Source: a virus (Duplodnaviria > Caudoviricetes). From it: a stretch of 36,301 bases of DNA. The notes under the pieces were generated by a model that saw only the letters and a program-made list of their open reading frames with translations, was not told the origin of the DNA and made no database searches. The DNA is taken from IMG/VR virus record IMGVR_UViG_3300020045_002765, positions 1 to 36,301 of that record. One strand, 5' to 3'. Each line of letters opens with the position of its first letter. The stretch's first letter is position 1. The translations under genes and the position numbers were made by a program. Shown piece by piece: positions 17,226 through 27,190 of the stretch.

Positions 17226-18002
17226 TTAGTCTGCGATTAATATTATTGAAAACGAAAACGATGCCCTTGTGTTGGCTGCGCCTGAACTTGAAATTGTGGA
17301 GCCTGTAATTTTACACCGTGCCGGGAATTTCAACCACGGTAATTCTTCTCCATCACTTGTATTGCTTGGTGAATTAAATCCATCACAAAAATGAAACACC
17401 GTTGATAAGGTTCTATCGTTAGCGTTAACAGTTGCCCTCAATCTAAAATCCTGTGAGTTAGAAATATTACCGTATTTTATACGTGGAACATACCCCGTAT
17501 ATCCGTCTGGCACCATGAAACAAGCGTCCATTGATCTATTAGTACCCGCTGAGATTTTTGACATCGTGAGAGGTGCCGAAGTTCTTATTGTAATATCACC
17601 TGCTGCAACTCCTCCGCTTCCAACTGCCGTCACCTCTGCCCATAAATAGTAAAGCATGTCAGCAACAACCACCGTAACAGCAGCGACACCATTTAAAGTT
17701 ATGTCTCCAGTGGTTACAATAGCGTAATTCAAATCAATGTACGTCACCTTTATTGTTTGCGCTCCTGTTCCCGCTGGTGCTCCGTCATCGTTTGGGTTTG
17801 TGGATATAGCCTGAATCGTTTCGGCACCTGTAAGTACAGGGAAAAACTGACTTGTAGTAAGTCCGTCCCCAACGTCCTGAAGTGTCGAAGCTATAAGTGT
17901 TGATCTACGACCAAAAATATGAAAGGCATTTGCAGCCTTACCAGCGTAAAGGTTATCCCTACTTATATCCAACTCAACGATCTTATCTCTTAAATATGCC
18001 AT
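17226..18002 (-). CDS. Putative virion structural protein
   Basis: ST..ND...GTGA.TI.V..ID and .VP.GYTGY motifs. Confidence 0.6.
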   Translation of the reverse strand: MAYLRDKIVELDISRDNLYAGKAANAFHIFGRRSTLIASTLQDVGDGLTTSQFFPVLTGAETIQAISTNPNDDGAPAGTGAQTIKVTYIDLNYAIVTTGDITLNGVAAVTVVVADMLYYLWAEVTAVGSGGVAAGDITIRTSAPLTMSKISAGTNRSMDACFMVPDGYTGYVPRIKYGNISNSQDFRLRATVNANDRTLSTVFHFCDGFNSPSNTSDGEELPWLKFPARCKITGSTISSSGAANTRASFSFSIILIAD

Positions 18003-18003
18003 C

Positions 18004-20952
18004 TTAATTAATTATTGAATATTCCCCAGTATCTTCATTCCATCTCAAACGAATAGATTCATACTGTAAAAGAACCTGAGTTAAATCACCGTCTATTGTC
18101 CCCGTTGCGGTTGGGTCAATCGTGACACTGTAAGCAGAGTTGTCCATCCGTTTAAAAATCCAATCAGATATTTTTTCTCTACTGTTTAATGTGACCACTA
18201 TATCGCCTCCGGTAGCATCAATGTAATATCCAACAACTGAATCATCAGCGGTGAAATCGGCTGTTTTTTCTAACCAATATCCTTGACGTTTTCCGTCAAT
18301 GAACGTCACGTCCGAATCCATTACTGTGACCCCGCTTGTATTTATCAATGCAACATTTTTTGCACCAGCATCTATTACGTTACTATCTCCAGAGATAAAT
18401 ACATTCTCAGCGTTGTGAAATACCATGTTACTACTTCCAATGATGTCAACAAACTTTGCATCATTAGCGACAAAATTTAATTCACCTTTAACCGTTACAT
18501 TTTTATTCTTGAAATTATTGCCGTTAGGTTGGTTGCCATTGAAGGTACTTCTAACGGTTAAATCTTCATCCATCTGGATTGAGCCGCCTGTTTGAATCAC
18601 AGGAAGGCTACCCGTTGCACCCGTAGTAGTGTGTTGGGTGGGTGTAAAATCACCCGCAGCAGTGAGTAATAAGAAAATACATTTAGTGGTATTGTCTTTG
18701 GTTGGGTTGTACCCTTCTATTTTTTGAAGCCTGTAATAAGCAAAATCAAAAAAGTAAAGTTTGTCAAATGACCAATCGGTAAATGTCTTTGGTGTAATAT
18801 GCGCCCACACTTCAACGATCTTTGAATTTTCATCCGTTATCTCACGAAGGAATTTCCCGTAGTATTTATTGACTAAATTATTATTGGTAATTACAATCGG
18901 GTCAATGTTGTCATCGTAAAATACTTCCTTAACCAATCCGAAATTAATATCTTCAGTTGGGCTAAATGGATCATCCCAATGTCCAGCATAGGGATAAGTA
19001 AAATGCCAATAGTACGTAGTTCCAAAAAGCCCTACGTTAGAATGTTTCCACGGTTTATTACATGGCTTCATGCCACCATAATAAAGCGATCTTATATTGT
19101 GCTTCGTTGTAACTGGCTCACCACTGTCGTTAATAGCATAAATGGTAGGAAGCACCCTTGTATTTCCCGGAAGTGCTACCATTGGAGTGGGTGAGAAAAT
19201 CACCTCAGTCTTTTTTATTTGATTGGTGAACTCTGTTTCAACATCACAGAATCTATCACCATAAACCTCTTGCCACTTATCGGTATAGTGTTTATTCCAG
19301 TAGTCACCATCCGGCTTGAATCCGAAGCGATATTGCTTTGCATCAAGCGCAGCCATCGGTGAATAAACTATCTCTTTTGATCGGTCAATTAGATGATGAA
19401 TGTTTAAAACATCAGACGTATAATAATCGTCCCTAGGTTCAATGATTAAGTTCTTTGGGTCATCGGGGTCAATATCAACGTACAAGTTGAACCGCTTGCA
19501 GTTGCTCATGAAATAATCAATCATTTTAATGTTCTGTGGAATGACTTTCGACATCTTCAAAGTTGCGCCAACAGTTAAGGTGGTGTTAACGCATTTGTTA
19601 TAAAATGCACCAACCGAAATAGTAACCGTAATATCTCCATCGTAATATGTACCAACGTTGTCAACAAATTTCTCTGTCACAACTCCGCTTGCAGTTGCCG
19701 CCCTTGCTATCCAAGTTAACCTAACTTCATCCCCAGCCAGTAGATCAATATTATCATACTCAATAAAAAGTCTATCGGGTGGATCTTCAACTACCGGAGA
19801 ACCAACAAAAGGCGCATCCATGTAGTCAGCATCAGGATAGGATGGGGCTGAGGCTGTTGATCTTGCTCCAACTGTAAACGCTGCGTCATGCTTGAAGATA
19901 TTAAATTGCTTGGCTTGAACTTGCACCTCAATGGCTGTTGCAATTGTCGTAACCCTCAATGTCAAATAACCTTGAATGTTTGTTTGGTTCTTTACTGCTG
20001 CGCCCGTTGCCGGGTCAAAGTTTCCATAGACATCAACCAGCGCCATGAAATTATAAGTTCCATTTGTGACGGCTGTGAAAATTCCAGTAACCGGGTCATA
20101 GTTCCCTCCGGGGTCGCTTATCTCATTGGTGAATATAATCCCATCATGCGCGGTGTAGGTCGGAAAATTAGAAATCGGATCACTCGTTGTTGTTCCCGTA
20201 CTTGTCAACTCAGGGGTGTTGGCTGAGTATTCTCTATCTTCAATTTCAGATACATCTAACTGATAGCACTCAGGCGAGGATGGAATGATGAACGCTTTGA
20301 AGTATGCTGAATCTAAAAAAGCCGAGGTGTAAGTAAACCCTGCAAACTCAATTATCTTCCTCATATACTCGCGCTCATAAATGCAGCAAGCCATGTCTGT
20401 TGAATAGAAATTAATGGCATCCAAAGAAAAGCCGTAATCAATAAGCGGGTAAACATAGCCAGTGCCTAATTCAAATGGCTCCAATACTCCGTTGATGATT
20501 ATCTGAGTGTCCCAACTTAGTTCCTGAAGTTCCAATGTTAAGGTGTGGTTGTACTCGGATAAATCTAATTCAGTTAAATATTCTTCTTTGATTGTTGCAA
20601 AGAAGTCGGCATTATTCCCGAATAGAACTACCTCGTAAAAAATGTTATCTCTATCAGTTATGTTTATAGCACTAAGTTTTAAATACCCGTTTATGATTAT
20701 TTCCTCATCTACGGTGTACACAACTGATGCTTTACTGTTAGGGTTGTAAGTTCCATCAATTAAGTTGATCTCGAATATTTGAGAGAATACGTTATCCAGT
20801 TCCTTTGATCTTGGTAGTGTTATCGTTTTAGAATAGTTGGCTTTCCTTTTATCCGGCTCGTTTATATCCGTAATGTTTTTAGTAATCGACGGGTTAAGCC
20901 CTCCGGTCATTGGAATATAAACATCTTCGATATAGAGTCTTTCAACTGCCAT
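18004..20952 (-). CDS. Large tail (tip/hub) protein
   Basis: 982 aa; DI.EP.KR...YSKTI.LP N-terminus, YVYPLIDYG, LIIEPRDDY; beta-helix-like C-terminus. Confidence 0.75.
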   Translation of the reverse strand: MAVERLYIEDVYIPMTGGLNPSITKNITDINEPDKRKANYSKTITLPRSKELDNVFSQIFEINLIDGTYNPNSKASVVYTVDEEIIINGYLKLSAINITDRDNIFYEVVLFGNNADFFATIKEEYLTELDLSEYNHTLTLELQELSWDTQIIINGVLEPFELGTGYVYPLIDYGFSLDAINFYSTDMACCIYEREYMRKIIEFAGFTYTSAFLDSAYFKAFIIPSSPECYQLDVSEIEDREYSANTPELTSTGTTTSDPISNFPTYTAHDGIIFTNEISDPGGNYDPVTGIFTAVTNGTYNFMALVDVYGNFDPATGAAVKNQTNIQGYLTLRVTTIATAIEVQVQAKQFNIFKHDAAFTVGARSTASAPSYPDADYMDAPFVGSPVVEDPPDRLFIEYDNIDLLAGDEVRLTWIARAATASGVVTEKFVDNVGTYYDGDITVTISVGAFYNKCVNTTLTVGATLKMSKVIPQNIKMIDYFMSNCKRFNLYVDIDPDDPKNLIIEPRDDYYTSDVLNIHHLIDRSKEIVYSPMAALDAKQYRFGFKPDGDYWNKHYTDKWQEVYGDRFCDVETEFTNQIKKTEVIFSPTPMVALPGNTRVLPTIYAINDSGEPVTTKHNIRSLYYGGMKPCNKPWKHSNVGLFGTTYYWHFTYPYAGHWDDPFSPTEDINFGLVKEVFYDDNIDPIVITNNNLVNKYYGKFLREITDENSKIVEVWAHITPKTFTDWSFDKLYFFDFAYYRLQKIEGYNPTKDNTTKCIFLLLTAAGDFTPTQHTTTGATGSLPVIQTGGSIQMDEDLTVRSTFNGNQPNGNNFKNKNVTVKGELNFVANDAKFVDIIGSSNMVFHNAENVFISGDSNVIDAGAKNVALINTSGVTVMDSDVTFIDGKRQGYWLEKTADFTADDSVVGYYIDATGGDIVVTLNSREKISDWIFKRMDNSAYSVTIDPTATGTIDGDLTQVLLQYESIRLRWNEDTGEYSIIN

Positions 20953-22203
20953 TTATCTGCGTTGACGTTTATCCTTTTGTGAGAATTTCAACTCCAACTC
21001 CATGATGAATAACTTGTCAATCTCGGTTTCTTTTTCTATCCATGAGTCACCAACAACACTTTCAACGGCCAAAAAGTTCTGCGCTCCGTTTGCATCGGTC
21101 ACCTCTAAATAAATCTCAGGGCTTTCGATAAGTTGCTGTAACCAAGTATTTTCTTCAGTAGTCAAATAGTCAGATCTCACGATCATGGTTTTTTCAGTGT
21201 CGGAATAGTTCACAACCGACTTTTGATCCTGAAGTAAAAAGTTCGTACCCCCCGAAACAATTGGGTATTTGTCGTAGGAATAAGTTTGCCTGTTTGTCTT
21301 GCGCTTGTTCTGGCTCCTTAGATTGAAGTTAAACGAATCAAATGACCCGTAAATATTTAGGAAGTGTACGCGCCTTTGAGTGTATCTGCATGGCTCCTCT
21401 ATTTCAAAGGTGAGTAATTCACTTAGTAAAGTAGGGGCAACTGAGTTCCAAATCCCAATCGTATAACTTGCAACTGATGAAGTTATAACTGGCTGCGCTC
21501 CCAATAGAAACGCCCCAGTCATGTTGTTCAAAGACTCCGGCCCCGTGGCTACTTTGTACATTCTCGCACTTACCGCGTTGGCCTTTTGGAACGTGTCGAT
21601 TAATGCGCCCGCTGAATTGTAAGTCTTGATCTCAATATAATCCACATCTCCCGCTGTGTCAGTTATAATATGGTGCCAACCTAAATTAGCAATTGATACC
21701 TTATTCGTCTTTTGATCTGTTAAAAATTCAGCAGGGTCAAAAGCCAATGACATTAAATAATCTTCAGCATTGAAGAACTGAAACTGCTCAAACCCGATAC
21801 TTGCGTTCCATGTGTATTTCGTTGATCCAACTGTTAAGGATGGGAAGTTCGTTACCACGCCAGCCACCTCGTATTGTTCTCCGTAGTCAATAAAGAAGTT
21901 CGTTAGGCTAAATGAGCCGTCTGGATTAACCGGAGTTTGAAATGCAGCCACAGAATCAAAAGCAGCCATTGTGTTTGAAATAGCACTTTCAACATACCTT
22001 CCAACATCAACAACTCCATAACTAAAATCAGGCTCAGGAACAACGGCATATCGTTTCATTACGGTGCCTGATGGAAAGTCTAAGTAAACGTCGAATAGGA
22101 ATTTAAACGCTGGCTCTGCTACGTTCGTTGAACTTGCAACAACAACCATGCGGTTAAAGGCAGGGTTGAATAAGGGTATATCTTCCTGAATTGTGATTGC
22201 CAT
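20953..22203 (-). CDS. Distal tail / structural protein
   Basis: FLN.YG.FD.FNF and WL.QL.ESP.IY motifs. Confidence 0.7.
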   Translation of the reverse strand: MAITIQEDIPLFNPAFNRMVVVASSTNVAEPAFKFLFDVYLDFPSGTVMKRYAVVPEPDFSYGVVDVGRYVESAISNTMAAFDSVAAFQTPVNPDGSFSLTNFFIDYGEQYEVAGVVTNFPSLTVGSTKYTWNASIGFEQFQFFNAEDYLMSLAFDPAEFLTDQKTNKVSIANLGWHHIITDTAGDVDYIEIKTYNSAGALIDTFQKANAVSARMYKVATGPESLNNMTGAFLLGAQPVITSSVASYTIGIWNSVAPTLLSELLTFEIEEPCRYTQRRVHFLNIYGSFDSFNFNLRSQNKRKTNRQTYSYDKYPIVSGGTNFLLQDQKSVVNYSDTEKTMIVRSDYLTTEENTWLQQLIESPEIYLEVTDANGAQNFLAVESVVGDSWIEKETEIDKLFIMELELKFSQKDKRQRR

Positions 22204-22742
22204 TATTTAAAGTCTTTGGTGAGCGTCAGTGTAATTTCACGGGCGGCGGCTTTTTCGAGTCTTGAAATCAAATCCCTTTTCAAAGCATCGTTTACTACCT
22301 TATCAAAAAAATGCGTAGGTTTTAACCCTGACTTTGCAATTGATTCCCGGAGTGCATATTTATTGAACCCGTAGGTATTGGCGAATTGAGAAATATCGGA
22401 AACTTTTGGCCCCTTTTTAAACTTGAATGGAGAGCCAGCACCGCGGTTCGGCCATTTACTGCCGTCTTTCTTTTTGGTTCCCCCTATACCCTGAACACCT
22501 TTGTTGACAAATTCCCAATAATCCTCTGCCCTGAATTGAAGCGTCCATTTATCGCCCGCAAACTTGATTGGCAGGACCACTAAGGACTGCTCTAGGTTTT
22601 TTGTACCTCCTTTACGGGTAGATTCGCTTAGTGACTTTTTGAGGTCCGCAATGACTTCGTTACCCCACGAAATTAGAACATCTTCGATTGAGTCACCTCC
22701 TGAAGAAACAAATTCTTTATCGTCGAAAAAGCCTTTAGCCAC
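22203..22742 (-). CDS. Tail completion / neck protein (HK97 gp10-like)
   Basis: L.QS, DYW.FV.KGV.G, SI...GLKPT.FF motifs. Confidence 0.6.
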   Translation of the reverse strand: MAKGFFDDKEFVSSGGDSIEDVLISWGNEVIADLKKSLSESTRKGGTKNLEQSLVVLPIKFAGDKWTLQFRAEDYWEFVNKGVQGIGGTKKKDGSKWPNRGAGSPFKFKKGPKVSDISQFANTYGFNKYALRESIAKSGLKPTHFFDKVVNDALKRDLISRLEKAAAREITLTLTKDFK

Positions 22743-23007
22743 GTCTGTTTTTTAAGTTCATCAAATCAATCTCCCGTTTCCTTTCCTCCATTTTATCACA
22801 GTGGAATGTCAGGAGGTTCAAAAATTCAATTACATTCATCTTTTCAAAGTACTCATACCTCTCCGGCCTACCATCTGCCAAAGCATCAAGAGTAACTATC
22901 CATCCATAGCGGCTGAATAAGCGGCTTCCATTTCCTCCCTCTGCTTCGTCATCGTCTCTTCTGAATAATCTAGGATAACGTCTGTTAACTTCCTTGAGAG
23001 CGTCCAA
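22735..23007 (-). CDS. Tail assembly chaperone C-terminal extension (-1 frame)
   Basis: Begins inside a T9 slippery run with no ATG; YP.LF and F...YGW...L..LA.G motifs. Confidence 0.6.
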   Translation of the reverse strand: MDALKEVNRRYPRLFRRDDDEAEGGNGSRLFSRYGWIVTLDALADGRPERYEYFEKMNVIEFLNLLTFHCDKMEERKREIDLMNLKNRRG

Positions 23008-23486
23008 AAAAAAACCGCAATAGGATAAGCAATTGATACCGGAAGTTGTTTGAAGTCCTTCATCCTTGCTTCAAATTCGTCCGGAGTGAACTTCTTTTTT
23101 CTACCCCAATTGTTTACCGGTTCGCAAACAAGGAACAAAATCCGGTGAAGATTCTCACCTCCATTATCCTTGCAAGCGTTCATGACGGCCATGTATTCGC
23201 CTGCGTTGTATTTACGTGGGTCTAACTTAACTCGGTAGGTCTGGCCGTTTATCCTGAAGGACTTTACTATTTTGGTTGGACGCGGGGATTTAATCAGGTC
23301 ATCGACCTTTGCGATTTCGTCCATAGTCATATTCATGATGACTTCAGGTTCGACATTGGCAAGTAAGCAGGCTCGCTTTACGCGGAGGTCATGCTTTTGC
23401 AGTTCCGTTTCCGGTACTTCGTCCAAAGTCTTTTGGAAAGGGACGTATGATTCTAGTGTTACTTGGCTCCAGTTTGTAGGTATCAT
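22896..23486 (-). CDS. Tail assembly chaperone
   Basis: IP..W..VTL..Y N-terminus, GEY, and a VFF encoded by a slippery site. Confidence 0.6.
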   Translation of the reverse strand: MIPTNWSQVTLESYVPFQKTLDEVPETELQKHDLRVKRACLLANVEPEVIMNMTMDEIAKVDDLIKSPRPTKIVKSFRINGQTYRVKLDPRKYNAGEYMAVMNACKDNGGENLHRILFLVCEPVNNWGRKKKFTPDEFEARMKDFKQLPVSIAYPIAVFFWTLSRKLTDVILDYSEETMTKQREEMEAAYSAAMDG

Positions 23487-23494
23487 ACCTAAAG

Positions 23495-23518
23495 AACGAT
23501 GGAGTGCCGAAAATGTTA
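23495..23518 (-). promoter_or_regulatory. Putative late promoter TAACATTT-N9-CATCGTT (copy 3, tail operon)
   Basis: Exact motif ending 8 nt upstream of the ATG at 23486. Confidence 0.75.
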
Positions 23519-23526
23519 GTAGGATT

Positions 23527-24747
23527 TTATACCCGACTTATGGAATATTTGCCGGACGCTTTCATTGTCTTTAACGAATTATAGGCAATTGCTCTGCTCA
23601 TGACATAATCATCGTGCAGTCCGGTTGGTGCTGAGTATTTAATATTGCGGGTTTTGAGATTGTATTCATAAGTAAACACCTCTAATTCGTGCTTTTGAAA
23701 ATCCTCTCCTAAAATGCCTATTGTCTTTTCCTCGAAACAAACAATCAAATCCTCAACTATTTCCTGTTTGTTTTTTAAGGCCGTTATAAATGGCTCTACG
23801 TTGGACTTGCCGTAGGTGACTTTCTTTTGGATCATTTCAAAGATTGCGTCTTGCGATCCGTTGGATTCAATCTTTCCCTTTGGTTTGTACTTGTTTAACT
23901 CAGCAGCGACTTCGTTCATTATCGTAGACCATTCCATGTGCCTCCACCTCTTGCAAAAAATCTCCTCGTTACGGTCATTGATTATCGTTAGCACTGTGTA
24001 GTCATCCGCTCTGCCTAAGTCTAACCCGAAGTAAAGTTTTGGCGTTTGAACTGATGGGCGCACGGCTTCGGTGATATTTCTGAATACGCTCCCCGCATTG
24101 TCAAGGAACTCTGCCAAATACTCTTGTCGAAAGATATGATCTGGTAGGGTGGCTCTTGCGTCGTCTATTTCTTTCGGGTCTATAAATGGATTGTCGTACG
24201 ATGACATCCTGAACGATTTGTAATTTTTGTTTGAATGTTCTAAATTGAATAACTCCCAAAATAATCCTTTACCTTTTGGAGTTGAACTTAGAATAACCTT
24301 TTTCCCATGTACTAAAACCGTTGCCCGTAAAACTTCAGTCCATGCCTCCCGCGCTATGAACGCAAACTCATCTACAATTAAGAAGTCGAACGTATTACCA
24401 CGAATCGAATCATAACTATCCGCCGAAAAGAATTGAACCGTTGACCCTGTGACATACTCAATAATCAAATCACCCCTGTTGACTGAGCGATAGATGTGCG
24501 GCTTCTTATCGAACGCTTTGACTGTTTCCTTAAAAACCTTTTTGCACTGTGCGTAGATTGGAGAGACCCAACCTATTTTTACCTTCTTAAAACTAAGCCC
24601 CCAATAAAGGGCTTGGTTAATATCTAAAAGAGTTTTGCCCCACTGCCGTCCGATTGCGAGAATATAATACTTCTCGCTTCCGTTATTAATGGCATCATGG
24701 ATTAACCTCTGGTTCTTGTGCGGAGTGTATAATGTCGCTGTTGCCAA
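23527..24747 (-). CDS. terL: Terminase large subunit
   Basis: Walker A GRQWGKT, Walker B LIVDEFA, STPKG, FRQEYLAEF, nuclease GLDLG and HDD.V motifs. Confidence 0.95.
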   Translation of the reverse strand: MATATLYTPHKNQRLIHDAINNGSEKYYILAIGRQWGKTLLDINQALYWGLSFKKVKIGWVSPIYAQCKKVFKETVKAFDKKPHIYRSVNRGDLIIEYVTGSTVQFFSADSYDSIRGNTFDFLIVDEFAFIAREAWTEVLRATVLVHGKKVILSSTPKGKGLFWELFNLEHSNKNYKSFRMSSYDNPFIDPKEIDDARATLPDHIFRQEYLAEFLDNAGSVFRNITEAVRPSVQTPKLYFGLDLGRADDYTVLTIINDRNEEIFCKRWRHMEWSTIMNEVAAELNKYKPKGKIESNGSQDAIFEMIQKKVTYGKSNVEPFITALKNKQEIVEDLIVCFEEKTIGILGEDFQKHELEVFTYEYNLKTRNIKYSAPTGLHDDYVMSRAIAYNSLKTMKASGKYSISRV

Positions 24748-25105
24748 AATCTACTTTGAATTTCATATTACCTTGAATCTTAAAATCTTGCTGCTCTATG
24801 TACCCGCGTTTCCTTGCCTTGCATTTCAAAAAGAACATTGTAGATAACGGATTTCCTTTGGCTATTTGTTTGTGTAGTTGGCTCTCAGCAAAATCTAATG
24901 TGGCGTTTTCAATCTCTTTTACAGAACGTTTATAATCTTTGTCAGTTCGCATCCAAAGATAATGGGTAGTCCTTTCTATTCCAACCTCATTTGCCGCTGT
25001 TGTGATAACCCCCAAAGACTTTTCCAAAGCCTTCAGCATCAACTCCTTTTTTAATAGTGTTGATTTAAGTTGAGTGTGTTCAGAATCCTCTTTTTTCTTA
25101 GCCAT
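24695..25105 (-). CDS. terS: Terminase small subunit
   Basis: HTH (LG.IT.A...VGI.R.THY.W), D.AES.L, F.LK...R.RGY; overlaps terL. Confidence 0.8.
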   Translation of the reverse strand: MAKKKEDSEHTQLKSTLLKKELMLKALEKSLGVITTAANEVGIERTTHYLWMRTDKDYKRSVKEIENATLDFAESQLHKQIAKGNPLSTMFFLKCKARKRGYIEQQDFKIQGNMKFKVDFGNSDIIHSAQEPEVNP

Positions 25106-25152
25106 GATTATCAGACGATTAGTCTACTTGCTCCACCGTGTGGATAAGGCAC

Positions 25153-25392
25153 CTACTTATACTTTCGTTTGGTTCCCTCAACAGTAAGAGAACATTTGAA
25201 AAATCCGTTGTCAATCCGAGGGTCTGAAATTTCTGTTACGTCTCCCTTGATTCGATACAGGGTGCCTTTTATGAAAACGTCGAACTGCTTCATTACCATT
25301 ATTGAAGCCTCTTGCTTCAACTTCTCGACGCTTGCGGGAATTGAAAGCGGGTCTGATGGGGTTTGAAAATTAAAGGTTATTGCCTCAGACAT
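25153..25392 (-). CDS. Hypothetical protein
   Basis: Tightly packed operon ORF. Confidence 0.6.
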   Translation of the reverse strand: MSEAITFNFQTPSDPLSIPASVEKLKQEASIMVMKQFDVFIKGTLYRIKGDVTEISDPRIDNGFFKCSLTVEGTKRKYK

Positions 25393-25606
25393 TTAACAGT
25401 TTCTTTAATCCCTTATAGTCGATCTCTGGCTCCTTATCAACGTTATGCACTTCAAAAATCCAATCGTCATTTAACCCGCCGCCAAGCACAATAGCATGGT
25501 ACTCATTCCCTAATGCCTCTTGAAGGTCTTTTTGGGCTGCAGACATCTCCTTTTTTGATGGGATGTATCGGCATGGAAAGCGCGCTATGAATATTGGTTT
25601 AGCCAT
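25385..25606 (-). CDS. Hypothetical protein
   Basis: Tightly packed operon ORF. Confidence 0.65.
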   Translation of the reverse strand: MAKPIFIARFPCRYIPSKKEMSAAQKDLQEALGNEYHAIVLGGGLNDDWIFEVHNVDKEPEIDYKGLKKLLNV

Positions 25607-25607
25607 T

Positions 25608-25904
25608 TCAAATTACTGTTATTGTGTTGCCGGACTTGGTTAGCATCCGAATGTTTAAATCTTCTCGTTTCAATTCCTTCACTGCTACTATGGCGTGGTC
25701 AAACTTCAAAGGGGTAGCGTCCAGTAAATCTACCCAACAGTGCCCTTCGTCCTTTAGTCTGAAGTATTTCTTTTCCTTTGTGGGGGCTTTCTTTTTTAAC
25801 TTGACTCCTTCCAACATCTTTATTACGCGAGGCTTGTTGACGAGTTTTATCTGCTCGACAACGAATATTCCTTTGCGCCTTTGGTCGCGGGTGAAGGGTT
25901 TCAT
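25608..25904 (-). CDS. Hypothetical basic protein
   Basis: Tightly packed operon ORF. Confidence 0.6.
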   Translation of the reverse strand: MKPFTRDQRRKGIFVVEQIKLVNKPRVIKMLEGVKLKKKAPTKEKKYFRLKDEGHCWVDLLDATPLKFDHAIVAVKELKREDLNIRMLTKSGNTITVI

Positions 25905-26311
25905 GCTTTTAGTTGAAGTTCTTCGTTTTTTAAGACCCTGAAGGCATTCTGAAGGCCGGAAACTGTGTTATCAAATAGTTCGGTTCTCGAAGTATGATCT
26001 GACTCATCCGTAACATAAATAAAAGTCCTTCCCTCAATGAATAGCGCAACACGAACGTTTTCGCGAAGCCATTGCGAATTGAATCCGTTGTTTGTAAAGC
26101 CGAACTTCAGTAGCCATTCCCCGTTGAGAGTGATGGGCCTGACGGTGGATGTATCGCTGTAAAATAGTTCATATTCACCGTTAAAAAAAACGATCATTGA
26201 TTTTTTTCCGAGACTAAGCACAGTTACAATGCGTTCATGAGACTTGCCCTTGCTGGTTTTGTAGCAAAAACTCAACAAATTCCCGATTCTCAATTCCTTT
26301 GCGTCAATCAT
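25901..26311 (-). CDS. Bacteroidetes-phage ELRIGN-type hypothetical protein
   Basis: ELRIGN...PI.L..EWL.KFGF...LQN motif. Confidence 0.7.
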   Translation of the reverse strand: MIDAKELRIGNLLSFCYKTSKGKSHERIVTVLSLGKKSMIVFFNGEYELFYSDTSTVRPITLNGEWLLKFGFTNNGFNSQWLRENVRVALFIEGRTFIYVTDESDHTSRTELFDNTVSGLQNAFRVLKNEELQLKA

Positions 26312-26856
26312 TTTGAAAGCATTTCAATCAGTTCCTCTTTCCTAACTGAGTTTGTGAATTTCAAACCGCGCTTCTTTGCCTCAGTTCTTAACTCACCCAT
26401 TTTCATGCCGGTATAACTGATGGCCTTTACTTTCTTGATGTCCTCCGCAGACTTTTTAATGTCTGTCTCCGTAATAACAACCTTAGTCTTTGGCTCAACA
26501 ACCGAGGCAACTGTTTTAACAGCCTGTGGCTTTGAAATAACCCTCACCTCCTCAACGTTGGCCTTCTTTTGCGGCACACCCTTGAAAGGAACCGTTTGCT
26601 TTCTCTCGCCTAAGATTCTGCGCCAGTTGATGACCAACTGAAACATATCCTTTACGCACGAAGCACAGCCCAAATTAGTCTTAGGCACGTTGTAAGTTGC
26701 GCTGCCGTAAATTGCGGCTTTGTTTTCCTGTGCAAAGTCATCCCAAACCAAAGATATTGCCTTGATTGCCCTAGTATCGGAGCAGGCACCTAGTTTTTGG
26801 TAATCGTCCAGTATTTTGTTTAGTTCGTGGAGTTCGAGGGCTTTTAAAAGATCCAT
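26308..26856 (-). CDS. CxxC protein with C-terminal Rho-N/HeH-like domain
   Basis: CASCV; C-terminal MKMGELR.EAK.RG......RKEELI.ML. Confidence 0.6.
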   Translation of the reverse strand: MDLLKALELHELNKILDDYQKLGACSDTRAIKAISLVWDDFAQENKAAIYGSATYNVPKTNLGCASCVKDMFQLVINWRRILGERKQTVPFKGVPQKKANVEEVRVISKPQAVKTVASVVEPKTKVVITETDIKKSAEDIKKVKAISYTGMKMGELRTEAKKRGLKFTNSVRKEELIEMLSK

Positions 26857-26930
26857 GTGATTAAATAGATTGTGCCAGCGACCAAAGCCAACCAGCAGGT
26901 TAGGTTAAAGATTTTCTTTGCAGTTGTCAA
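26844..26930 (-). CDS. 28-aa single-TM peptide (MTTAKKIFNLTCWLALVAGTIYLITWIF)
   Basis: TTG start overlaps the upstream TGA, and the ORF overlaps the downstream start, filling the gap. Confidence 0.4.
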   Translation of the reverse strand: MTTAKKIFNLTCWLALVAGTIYLITWIF

Positions 26931-27190
26931 ACAAATTTTATTGCGACTCTGTGTAACAACGGTAAAGATAGATAAATAATTTGAAAGTCATACTGGTAAA
27001 ACAAAAAAAGTCCGCACCAAAATGTTAGACAAGTTCCGCAGTTTATCGGCTTGCGATCTAACCACTTTGTGAACTTGCTGTAATAAACAAAGCCCGTGTC
27101 TGTCTTGAACATGAACAACTGCTGCCGAAGTACATCAGTCCACAGCCAAGTTAGTCCGATGACGGCAAGAATATTTCCAAGTGTTTCCAT
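26927..27190 (-). CDS. Small membrane protein with KP..C..C..FW motif (DUF1360-like)
   Basis: KPINCGTCLTFW flanked by hydrophobic segments. Confidence 0.65.
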   Translation of the reverse strand: METLGNILAVIGLTWLWTDVLRQQLFMFKTDTGFVYYSKFTKWLDRKPINCGTCLTFWCGLFLFYQYDFQIIYLSLPLLHRVAIKFV

